Shown here one piece after another: positions 16,429-24,693 of a DNA stretch of 64,000 nucleotides. How positions within the stretch are numbered: position 1 is the first letter of the stretch; each line of letters begins with the position of its first letter. This DNA is from Candidatus Aldehydirespirator sp. (GTDB lineage Bacteria > Actinomycetota > Acidimicrobiia > Acidimicrobiales > Aldehydirespiratoraceae): the NCBI GenBank assembly GCA_965221215.1, contig OZ244872.1, positions 3,030,340-3,094,339 on the forward strand. The letters are read 5' to 3'. The notes below the pieces were generated by a model. It did no database searches. It had not been told where the DNA came from and saw only the letters and a list, made by a program, of their open reading frames with translations. The translations under genes and the position numbers were made by a program.

Positions 16429-18891
16429 TCAGGCTATAACCGGCACGGGGTTGAGCTGATCCTCTGACCGCGGGCTGTCGAGCCAGCTCATATTCACCGG
16501 CACGTCGAACAGCCGTCCGGGGGCGAAGCGGGCCCAGAAGTGGCGCATGCCCGGCACCACGACCCGGGCCACCGGCAGGCCGATGTCGGGCCGGGTCTGG
16601 TCGAGCACCAGGAACTCCATGCCGCGGGCTTCGACGAGCGCTTGGCAGCGTTGCACGTCCTCGCGGGTGTCGGCGGCGTCGGGAACCGGGTAGTCCGATT
16701 GGCCCCGCGTCGCCCGGTCGCTGGCCGGCGCCAGCCACTGGTGGTCCGCCAGCCTCCCGGTTTGCCACCACCGCAGGGTGGCGGGGTCGTTGAGGGCGCC
16801 CCGCACCGGTCCGGTCACCCATTGCAGGCACTGGTTCAGCTCGCAAACCGCCCGCAGGGCTGCGATGTGGGGATCGGAGTGGGCGCCGGCCCCGTAGAGG
16901 ATGTCCTCGGTGTCTGCGCCGGTGCGGCGGGAGACGGCCACGAAGACGGGGATGCCGAAGTCGCTGGTGGCGTCGAGCACCCACATCTCGCGGTCGCGGC
17001 GGCCGTAGTGGGCGGCCGCCGCGGCCAGGTACTCGTCGTCGAAGCTCGACAGGTCCACTTCGGGCAGCCGCAGCCGGTTGTACCACCAGAGGGCGAAGGC
17101 GTCGCGCTCGACGAGTTCGAGGAACCCCTGCAGGATCGCCTCGGAGAGGGTGTTGCCGGCGGCGCAGCCGTTGGAGTCGGCCTTGAGTCCGGAGCGGTCG
17201 GCCTCGCCCGCCATGCCGTAGAGGATCGCGGTGGGCACATGGCGGTGCCTTTGCTGGGTGAGCGACCACACCGGCGACCAGTCGATTTCGGCTTCGGGAT
17301 CGAGCCGGGGCGGAACGAAGTTGTAGGGGTGGCCCTCGGCGTTGATCTGGGCGGCTTCGTCGAGTTGGCGGTCGCTGAAGAGCTGGACGTCGTTGGGGTG
17401 GATCGCTTCGGACTCGGCGGCTTTCTCGAAGTCGGCCAGGCTGCGACGGGTGCGGATCTCGTCGCCGTGGAAGGCGCCGCTGTAACGCTCGATCGCCTCG
17501 CAGAGGGCGCTCGCCTCTGACTGCTGCGGGGTGCTGCCCTTGCCCGCGCTCTTGCTTCGCAGGCTGCGCCGCAGCGTGGGTAGGTTGCGGCTGCCGAGCG
17601 CGTAGTTGTTGCCGGCCCAGTAGACGTGCAGCCACGGGTCGGCCGCGTCGGTGGTGCGGGTGAGCCAGGTCACCACGCCGGTGATCGGGCTCACCAGGTG
17701 CCGGTACTTGGCCAGCGTCGCCTCGGGTGCCACGGCGCGGCGGCCGCCGCTGTTGTGTACCGGTGTGGGGCTCGCCTGCAGCCGTACCGGCTGTGCCGGC
17801 CGGTCGGGGCGGTACAGAGCCTCGTCGCCGCAGGCCCGGCACTGCGGCCGGCGCATGGCCCGATGCTGTCGGCTCTCGAGAGTGGCCGCATCCAGTGAGA
17901 CCGCGTGGTTGTGGATGGGGGCCAACTCGTCGAGCACCAGCCACTTGGCGATCTCGGTTGCGGCCAGCCCGCACACCGCCTCCGACACGGTCGGTTCCAG
18001 GGCGCGGGGCTGCACCGCTTGGGACTCGGCTGGTCCCCGCCCTCCGGGGGCTGCCCCGCTTGCCCCACACCCCCCCCCGTCGAGGTTGCGCAGGAAGTTG
18101 TGGATCTCCTGATGGGCGCCGAGGCGATAGGCGATGCATTTCCAGCATGGGCCGCCGTCGGCCGGCCGGAACACCGGCCCGAACAGCGGCTGCATTCCCC
18201 CGGGCCGCACCAGCATCCAGGGCGTGCCCGACTCGAGATGGCGGCGGTTGACGGTGGCGTGGCGCTCGTCGAGATAGTCGGCGCACACGACCACCGATAT
18301 CGAGGGGCGGCCGGTCGGCGAGGGGCGTTCGAGCGTTTCGGGGGTTTGGGCATCGCCGCCCGCGAGGATCGCCTGCCGGTGCTCGGTCACCGTGGTGCCG
18401 ATGTCGAGCGCGCCGGAGGGTGGGGCATCGCCGCCTGCGGGGATCGCCTGCCGGTGGTCGGCTGCTGTGGAGATGCCCAGCGCTTCGAGGTGGCGTGCCA
18501 GCGGTGGGCCCTCGACGGTGGCCGTCGCCTCTCGTAGCCGCTGCTCGGCCCAGCGAGGCGAGGCACCCAGCGACGACCAGTACGCGGCCCGTCCCGACGC
18601 CATGCTGTGATCGCCCGACACCAGATAGCCCCGCGACGCCAGCGCCGTGATCGCGGCCCGGACCTCGGCCGCCGAGTGTGTTGGGGCGAGTGCGGCGGCG
18701 ATCTCTGCGCTCGTGCGGCGTCCGTCGCACAGGGGCAGCAGATCGCAGTGGATCCGGCCTCTGAGCAAAGTGTTGAAAGTCTCCGAGACGAGCAGCAGTT
18801 GCTCGTCGCCAATCGGCCGAGAGTCGAGACAGGGAGTGAGCAGCGGTAGGTCGATGTGGCCGCGGTCAGCGGGGGTGGTCCGCTTCAGCAT
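16429..18891 (-). CDS. Fused TOMM cyclodehydratase: leader-binding/E1-like (ThiF-like) domain plus YcaO domain
   Basis: 820 aa. N-terminal wHTH-like region, E1-like part with two CxxC pairs (GPCWKC, PQCRAC), YcaO core (GKGSTPQQSEASALCEAIERYSG ... SNGCAAGNTLSEAILQGFLELVERDA) and a Pro-rich C-terminus NPVPVIA. Confidence 0.85.
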   Translation of the reverse strand: MLKRTTPADRGHIDLPLLTPCLDSRPIGDEQLLLVSETFNTLLRGRIHCDLLPLCDGRRTSAEIAAALAPTHSAAEVRAAITALASRGYLVSGDHSMASGRAAYWSSLGASPRWAEQRLREATATVEGPPLARHLEALGISTAADHRQAIPAGGDAPPSGALDIGTTVTEHRQAILAGGDAQTPETLERPSPTGRPSISVVVCADYLDERHATVNRRHLESGTPWMLVRPGGMQPLFGPVFRPADGGPCWKCIAYRLGAHQEIHNFLRNLDGGGCGASGAAPGGRGPAESQAVQPRALEPTVSEAVCGLAATEIAKWLVLDELAPIHNHAVSLDAATLESRQHRAMRRPQCRACGDEALYRPDRPAQPVRLQASPTPVHNSGGRRAVAPEATLAKYRHLVSPITGVVTWLTRTTDAADPWLHVYWAGNNYALGSRNLPTLRRSLRSKSAGKGSTPQQSEASALCEAIERYSGAFHGDEIRTRRSLADFEKAAESEAIHPNDVQLFSDRQLDEAAQINAEGHPYNFVPPRLDPEAEIDWSPVWSLTQQRHRHVPTAILYGMAGEADRSGLKADSNGCAAGNTLSEAILQGFLELVERDAFALWWYNRLRLPEVDLSSFDDEYLAAAAAHYGRRDREMWVLDATSDFGIPVFVAVSRRTGADTEDILYGAGAHSDPHIAALRAVCELNQCLQWVTGPVRGALNDPATLRWWQTGRLADHQWLAPASDRATRGQSDYPVPDAADTREDVQRCQALVEARGMEFLVLDQTRPDIGLPVARVVVPGMRHFWARFAPGRLFDVPVNMSWLDSPRSEDQLNPVPVIA

Positions 18892-18954
18892 GGCGGGTCG
18901 GGCTGCGCCAAGATCACCGGTTGGGTCTGCTTCAGCATCGCCGTCCGGGCTGCA

Positions 18955-20265
18955 TCAGGTTCCGAAGGGCATGCCGGCGGGGCTGAACACGCCGTCGGGA
19001 TCGAACTGTTGCTTCCATCGGATGCCCTGTTCGAGCATCTCGCCGTAGTGCTGCTCCCACTGGGTCGGGCTGTAGTCGACTTGGCCCGACAGGTAGCTCT
19101 TGGCGCCGAGTGCGACGAGATCCCGGTCGACCTCGGAGAGTTTGTTGGCGAACTCGACGGTCTTGTCGTGCTGGAATTCGCCCAGCCTCGCCAGGATGGA
19201 GTAGTTGAGGAGCCGCTCCTGGTGCGGGCGCATGAACAGCGGCGCCTCGAGGTCGCCCCTGACGATCGGGTAGAACCCGGTGAAGCTCCAGCCGGGGTTC
19301 GGCATTGACTCCGGACTCAGTGGCGGCTCCGCCAGCAGCGTCGGCAGGGCCTCCCAGGGCAGTAGCCAGTCCCGCCACGGATGGTGGTGCAGCCAGCTGA
19401 AGGCCCACGAGGGATACATCCCGGCTCGGCCGACGCTGGCGGTGTCGCGGGTGTGCACGAGTTCGTCGTGCCCGAGCGCGGCAAGGTCGCGTTCCTCATC
19501 GGGTGCCTCGTCGTACTCGTGGCCGGCCAGCAGCACGCCCAGGTTTTGGTGGTGGCGAACCTCCCCCCGCAGGTGGTCGAAGCGACCCGTCACCACCAGC
19601 AGATCGAGGTCGCCCGCGAACCGCTCGAAGTCGCGGTAGTGGAGTTCGTACTGCCGGAACCGCGCCCCGGCCGGGCGCAACCGGATCCAGGCCTCGGTGA
19701 TGATCCCGAACTGTCCCTGACCGCTTCGGACCGCGTCGAATAGCTCGGCGTTCTCGGTGGGCGAGCACAGGACTCGCTCACCGGTGCCGGTCACCACCTC
19801 GAGCCGCTCGACATTCTCGACCTGCGTGCCGTAGCGATGCGAGGTGGTGCCGATGCCGCCCGCGGCGAGCGTTCCGCCCACGGTGGCCTCACCGATGTCC
19901 ACCAGCACCGGCGGCAGCCGCCGAGCGCCCTTCAGCGCGTCCACCACGTCGCCCCAGCCGGCCCCGCCCTGGGCCCGCACCACTTCCGGTCCGGCGGGCT
20001 GGACCCGGTTCAGGCCGGTCATGTCGAGTACCGCGCCGCGGTCGGTGAGGGTCCGCCCACTCTGGGAGTGCCCGCCGCCCCGGATCGCCAGCCGGATCCC
20101 GGCTTTGGCCGCGTCGCGCACGAGTTTGGACACTTCGGTCACGGTCTGCGGCACAGCCACCGCGTCGGGCACCCGTCGGACGATCCGGCCGAAGTCGAAG
20201 GCCCGAGCCTCGCGCGCTTGCAGGTCGCGGGTCGCGCCCGAAAGGAGCTGCTCGCCGCCGGTCAT
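18955..20265 (-). CDS. FAD-linked oxidase of the PCMH/VAO superfamily, cytokinin-dehydrogenase-like
   Basis: Contains GGGHSQSG, TVGGTLAAGGIG, HHPWRDWLLP (compare the CKX HPWLN motif) and C-terminal KQQFDPDGVFSPAGMPF. The start is taken at MTGGEQ (20265). Confidence 0.75.
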   Translation of the reverse strand: MTGGEQLLSGATRDLQAREARAFDFGRIVRRVPDAVAVPQTVTEVSKLVRDAAKAGIRLAIRGGGHSQSGRTLTDRGAVLDMTGLNRVQPAGPEVVRAQGGAGWGDVVDALKGARRLPPVLVDIGEATVGGTLAAGGIGTTSHRYGTQVENVERLEVVTGTGERVLCSPTENAELFDAVRSGQGQFGIITEAWIRLRPAGARFRQYELHYRDFERFAGDLDLLVVTGRFDHLRGEVRHHQNLGVLLAGHEYDEAPDEERDLAALGHDELVHTRDTASVGRAGMYPSWAFSWLHHHPWRDWLLPWEALPTLLAEPPLSPESMPNPGWSFTGFYPIVRGDLEAPLFMRPHQERLLNYSILARLGEFQHDKTVEFANKLSEVDRDLVALGAKSYLSGQVDYSPTQWEQHYGEMLEQGIRWKQQFDPDGVFSPAGMPFGT

Positions 20266-20438
20266 TGTCGGGAGTCGCCCACCTCGGTCGTCATAATCGC
20301 CAGCGAACACTACCCGGCCTCCCCCACCCGGTACGCCGCACCGCGCGAGCGGCCGAGCAAATTCGGACCGTCAACCGGTGTCGTCGGGACCCAGAAGCGG
20401 TGTTGCCCGTGGCGGCCCGAGCGACCCCGAGCAGACCG

Positions 20439-21218
20439 TCAACCGGTGTCGTCGGGGATCAGCCAGGAGCGGGCGTGGCCGACCAGCGCGGCGACCACGC
20501 CGTCGATGGTGTGCTCGCTTGCCTCGACGGTGACCTCCAGGCCGTGGCCGGCGGCGGTGGCCGAGGTGGCCGGACCGATGGAGGCCACCAGCGGCGGCAC
20601 CGCCTCGGCGCCGACTTCGGCCACAAGCCGGTCGACCGTCGACGACGACGTGAACACCACCCCGTCGGAGGCGGCCACCGCCCGGCGCTGGTCGTCGTTC
20701 AGCGGAGCGGCCACATTGCGGTAGGCGGCCACGTCGAGCACCTGCCATCCGGCGGCTCGCAGGCTGTCGGGCAGCACGGGCCGGGCCACCGCCGCTCGGG
20801 CCAGCACCACCAGGCTGCCTCGGCCCGGCTCGGGCGACGGGAAGGCCCGCACCAGGCCCTCGGCGATCGAGCGGTCCGGCACCAGCCGCACGGCCAACCC
20901 CGCCGCCGAGGCCCGGGCCGCGGTGCCCGGACCGATGGCGGCCACGTTGACCCCGGTCGGCAGCGGCCCCCCGGCCGCATCGGCGGCCCGCTGCGCGCCG
21001 TTGGGGCTGGTGACCACCAGCCAGTCGCCGGGGCCGAGGCGCTCCAGCGCGGTCCGCAGACCCTCCCCGCCGTCGGCAGGATCACAGATGGTGATCACCG
21101 GAGCGGCAACCACCTCAGCCCCAGCCGCAGCCAATCCGTCAACCAGCGGCTGAGCCTGCTCAGCAGGCCGACAAACCACAATCCGCAACCCCCCAAGCGG
21201 CTCAGGCTCCGCACTCAT
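20439..21218 (-). CDS. hemD: Uroporphyrinogen-III synthase
   Basis: 259 aa two-lobed HemD-like sequence (LRIVVCRP..., VTSPNGA, FTSSSTV). There is an ATGA overlap with hemC at 21215..21218. Confidence 0.75.
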   Translation of the reverse strand: MSAEPEPLGGLRIVVCRPAEQAQPLVDGLAAAGAEVVAAPVITICDPADGGEGLRTALERLGPGDWLVVTSPNGAQRAADAAGGPLPTGVNVAAIGPGTAARASAAGLAVRLVPDRSIAEGLVRAFPSPEPGRGSLVVLARAAVARPVLPDSLRAAGWQVLDVAAYRNVAAPLNDDQRRAVAASDGVVFTSSSTVDRLVAEVGAEAVPPLVASIGPATSATAAGHGLEVTVEASEHTIDGVVAALVGHARSWLIPDDTG

Positions 21219-22117
21219 GGGGCAGCGTCCAGCAGGTTGTGTCCGCCGCAGTGGTCGAGCAGGTGCCGGGCCACGGCTCGGCCCAGTGTGTCGGGATCGT
21301 GGCCCCGACGGGTGTCGCGGATCAGCGTCCGGCCGTCGGCTGACGCCAGCAGGCCGGTCAACTCCAGTTCTCCGTCGGTGCCCGCGGCGTGAGCGCCTGC
21401 GGGCAGGGTGCAGTCGCCTCCCAGCTCGGCCAGGAAGGCCCGCTCGGCGTCGACGGCCCGCCGGGTCGGCTCGTGCTCGATGGCTTGGAGCGCCTCCAGA
21501 GCGGCTCGGTCGCCGGCACGGCATTCAACCGCGATGGCGCCCTGGCCGACCTGGGGCACGAAGGCGTCCGGTTCCAGCACGTCGAGCACCTCCGGTTCGA
21601 GTTTGAGGCGCTGCAAGGCGGCGGCGGCCATCACGATGGCGTCGAAGGCGCCAGCCTTGCTCAGCCGGGTGGCGATGTTGCCCCGAAGCTCGGCGAAGGC
21701 GAGGTCGGGGCGAGTCCAGGCCAACTGCGCCTTGCGCCGCACCGAGCCGCTGGCCACCGTCGCGCCCTCCGGCAGCTCGGCCAGCCGGCAGCCCACCAGG
21801 GCGTCGCGCGGGTCGCCCCGCCGGGGCACCGCAGCCAGAACCAGGCCGTCGGGCGCAGACGAGGGCAGATCCTTGGCTGAGTGAACGGCGATGTCGGCCC
21901 GTCCGTCGAGGACCGCGGCCTGCACCTCCTTCACGAACACTCCCTTGCCCCCCATGGCATGGATCGGCTCGTCGGCCTGCCGGTCGCCGACAGTGGACAC
22001 CACCACCGGCTCGATGGCCGCGCCGCCGGCTTCGGCCAGCAGCCCGGCCACGATGTCGGTCTGCCGGCGGGCCAAAGCACTGCCACGGGTGGCCGCCCCC
22101 AGCCGCCGAGCCGCCAT
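21215..22117 (-). CDS. hemC: Hydroxymethylbilane synthase (porphobilinogen deaminase)
   Basis: RLGAATRGSALARRQT, GGKGVFVKE, HSAKDLP, RGNIATRL, QGAIAVE and the cofactor Cys context GGDCTLP. Confidence 0.9.
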   Translation of the reverse strand: MAARRLGAATRGSALARRQTDIVAGLLAEAGGAAIEPVVVSTVGDRQADEPIHAMGGKGVFVKEVQAAVLDGRADIAVHSAKDLPSSAPDGLVLAAVPRRGDPRDALVGCRLAELPEGATVASGSVRRKAQLAWTRPDLAFAELRGNIATRLSKAGAFDAIVMAAAALQRLKLEPEVLDVLEPDAFVPQVGQGAIAVECRAGDRAALEALQAIEHEPTRRAVDAERAFLAELGGDCTLPAGAHAAGTDGELELTGLLASADGRTLIRDTRRGHDPDTLGRAVARHLLDHCGGHNLLDAAP

Positions 22118-22129
22118 GGGTAGCGCCCT

Positions 22130-23389
22130 CTACAGGTCGAACAGGTCGCGCAGCGCTTCGGCGAGCCGGTCGCCACGGGCGTGGCCGGCCGCGTCCTTGA
22201 GCCTCACTGTCGGCTCGTGGAGCAGCTTGTTCACCACGCCGTGCAGCAGCGATTCCACCGCGGCGCGCTGTGCGGGCGACAGGTCGGCGAGGCGCGACGA
22301 GTGGCGCTCCATCTCGCCGGAACTCACGGTGTCGGCCCGAGCCCGCAGCGCGGCGATCAGCGGCGCCACCTCGCGGGCCGACGCCTCGGCCATGTAGCGG
22401 TTCACCTCGTCGTCGACGATGGCCCGCACCGTGTCGGCTTCCTCACCGCGGCCGGTCCGCTGGCGCTCGACGAACTCGCCGAGGTCGTCCATGTCGAGCA
22501 GCGTCACGCCGGGCAGCTCCCCCGCGGCGGGGTCGACGTCTCGTGGCACGGCCACGTCGACGATCAACAGCTCTGCCCCGCCGCGCCGGGCCATCACGTC
22601 GTCGATGTTGCTGTGCTCGACCACGATGTCGGTGGCGCCGGTGGTGGTGATGGCCACATCGGCGGCGGCGAGGGCGGCGTCGAGGTCGGCCAGGGCCACC
22701 GACCGGCCACCGCAGAGTTGCGCTGCCACCGCCACCCGCTCCGGGGTGCGGCCGGCCACCGCTATGTCGGCAGGCCCGGCATCGGCCAGCGACTTGAGCG
22801 TGCCCGCGGCCACGTCGCCGGAGCCCAGCACCAGCACCCGCCGTCCGGCCAGGCCCTCGAGCCGCTCGGCGGCCAGCGCCACCGCGGCGTGGGAGAGCGA
22901 GGCGATGCCTCGGGCGATGCCGGTGTCGGTGCGGGCCCGCTTGCCCGTCTCCACCGCCCGGCGGAACAGCGGATCGAGGGCGGCGCCGACGGTGCCCTCG
23001 GCTCGGGCGGCCTGCCATGCGTCGCGGATCTGGCCCAGCACCTCGTGCTCGCCCAGCACCACCGAGTCGAGTCCGGCGGCCACGGTGAACAGATGCCGCA
23101 CGGCGTGGTCGTCGTGGTGGGCGTACAGCTCGTCGGCCACCGTCTCGGGCGGCAGGCCGGAGTGCCGGGCCAGCAGCTCCCGGATGTCGGCGTAGCCGCC
23201 GTGGAAGCGCTCGGCGTAGGCGTATACCTCGATGCGGTTGCAGGTGGACAGCAGCACCGACTCGCTGAGATTGGCGGCCGCGTTCAGATCGTGGAGGGCC
23301 TTGGGCAGGTCGTCGGGCGCGACCGTCATCCGCTCGAGCAGGCCGAGCGGCGTGGAGCGGTGATTGCAACCGACCACCACAAGCGACAT
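22130..23389 (-). CDS. hemA: Glutamyl-tRNA reductase
   Basis: MSLVVVGCNHRSTPLGLLER, catalytic LSTCNRIEVY, NAD-binding VLVLGSGDVA. The start is taken at M42 of the ORF; the upstream extension lies in repeat DR copy A. Confidence 0.9.
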   Translation of the reverse strand: MSLVVVGCNHRSTPLGLLERMTVAPDDLPKALHDLNAAANLSESVLLSTCNRIEVYAYAERFHGGYADIRELLARHSGLPPETVADELYAHHDDHAVRHLFTVAAGLDSVVLGEHEVLGQIRDAWQAARAEGTVGAALDPLFRRAVETGKRARTDTGIARGIASLSHAAVALAAERLEGLAGRRVLVLGSGDVAAGTLKSLADAGPADIAVAGRTPERVAVAAQLCGGRSVALADLDAALAAADVAITTTGATDIVVEHSNIDDVMARRGGAELLIVDVAVPRDVDPAAGELPGVTLLDMDDLGEFVERQRTGRGEEADTVRAIVDDEVNRYMAEASAREVAPLIAALRARADTVSSGEMERHSSRLADLSPAQRAAVESLLHGVVNKLLHEPTVRLKDAAGHARGDRLAEALRDLFDL

Positions 23390-23445
23390 CGGCAGCGATG
23401 CTATCGCCCCGAACGGAAGCCGGGCCGAGTTGAAGCGAAGTGCGA

Positions 23446-23590
23446 GCGCAAATTTGGTGAGAGCCGGTCGCGTCGCAGCGGGGTCATTCCCGCTCTTGTT
23501 CGCTGTGCTCACGGGCCGCTCGGGCCACGGCCTCGCGGCGCGCGCTGCGGGAACCCCAAGGGGGACGGGTCTAGTCGCTCGGCCTCTAGG
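23446..23590 (-). repeat. Dispersed repeat family DR, copy A (full length, ~145 bp)
   Basis: Read in the element's own orientation: cctagaggccgagcg...gaggccgtggcccgagcggcccgtgagcacagcgaacaagagcgggaatgaccccgctgcgacgcgaccggctc...tttgcgc. It contains the hairpin AGCGGG-aatgac-CCCGCT. Confidence 0.85.
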
Positions 23591-23680
23591 TCAGCGGGCC
23601 AGGAAGAAGAGTTGCAGCACCCCGGCCACCACGATGATGGCGAGCAGCGCCACAATGGCGATGGTGGTTCCCGGTCTCAT
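23591..23680 (-). CDS. Candidate 29-aa single-TM micropeptide (MRPGTTIAIVALLAIIVVAGVLQLFFLAR)
   Basis: It falls below the ORF-track cutoff. Its ATG forms an ATGA overlap with the stop of the upstream DUF62 gene (23677..23680). The sequence is a uniformly hydrophobic helix flanked by Arg. Confidence 0.4.
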   Translation of the reverse strand: MRPGTTIAIVALLAIIVVAGVLQLFFLAR

Positions 23681-24693
23681 GGCTGGCCTCCTTGGTCGGC
23701 TCGGCCTCCGTGCTCCTGCGGCTCGGGTCGGGGGCTGAGCCCGACCGGTGTCACCACCGGGCTGCTCGTGGGACGGTCGTCGGCCGCTGCGGCACCGAGG
23801 CGCACCTCGGCGCCCTCGTGCAGCCCGAGTTCGTCGGCCGCGGACCGGCGGGGCAGGGCCAGCGACACCAGCCCGCTGGAGTCGGTGACGAGGCCGATTC
23901 GGCCCGCCGGCACGTCGGCATAGGCCCGAACCCGCTCAGCGGTGCGAAGGTCTTCGCCGACCGCCACCTGCAGTGATCCGCCAGCGGCGGCCTGCAGCGA
24001 TCCGCTGGCGGCGACCAGTTCGTCCACTTCGGCCGGGTCGACGTTGAGCTGACAGTTGCCGAAGCGGTCCACCCACAGCACCTCGGCCACCAGGTCGTCG
24101 CCGTCGCGCCGGCTCACCGGCAGCATGCCGGGGGTGAGGCCGGCCGGGTCGATGGCCGGACCCAGAGCATCCAGCGGCACCCCGCAGCAGAGATGAGCGG
24201 CGGCAGGGGCGAACACGTCGCGGCCGTCGAACGTTGCCCCCACCTCGGCCCCGGAGTCGAGGCGGTACTCGGCGGCGGCCAACTCCACGGCACGGCTGGC
24301 CCCGCCCACGAGGGCCACCGCCGGGGCCAACAGCCCGTTGTCGGGTCCGACCAGCACCGAAGCGCCGCCGCCGACCTCCACCGCCACCGGCCGCCGGTCG
24401 GTACCCACTCCCGGATCTACCACCGCCAGGACCACGCCCGGCAGCAGATACTGGGCCGCCCGGGCCAAGGCCAGCCCCCCGGCCCGCACATCGCAGGCAG
24501 CGATGCCATGGGTCACGTCCACCACCCGAGCCTGGGGGGCAATGGCCGCAATCACCGAATGGACCACCCCAACAAACTCGTCGTTAAGGCCATAGTCCGA
24601 CAGAAACGAGATGGTCTCGTAACCACCCCCCGCAGAGCCGCCCGGAGTCACTGGCCCCTGATCGCCTGCGCAGGTCGCCGGGACCGACGTCAC
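23677..24693 (-). CDS. SAM hydrolase / SAM-dependent halogenase family protein (DUF62)
   Basis: ISFLSDYGLNDEFVGVVHSVI, VVDPGVGTDRRPVAV and GPDNGLL motifs. The GTG start overlaps the proC stop. Confidence 0.75.
   Translation of the reverse strand: MTSVPATCAGDQGPVTPGGSAGGGYETISFLSDYGLNDEFVGVVHSVIAAIAPQARVVDVTHGIAACDVRAGGLALARAAQYLLPGVVLAVVDPGVGTDRRPVAVEVGGGASVLVGPDNGLLAPAVALVGGASRAVELAAAEYRLDSGAEVGATFDGRDVFAPAAAHLCCGVPLDALGPAIDPAGLTPGMLPVSRRDGDDLVAEVLWVDRFGNCQLNVDPAEVDELVAASGSLQAAAGGSLQVAVGEDLRTAERVRAYADVPAGRIGLVTDSSGLVSLALPRRSAADELGLHEGAEVRLGAAAADDRPTSSPVVTPVGLSPRPEPQEHGGRADQGGQP

Noticed and set aside
16055-18730. 891-aa minus-strand ORF in an alternative frame over the YcaO gene and the orphan gene
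   Set aside because: It is extremely Arg/Pro-rich (RRRxPxxR runs). It overlaps two well-supported genes in another frame and has no recognisable motifs.
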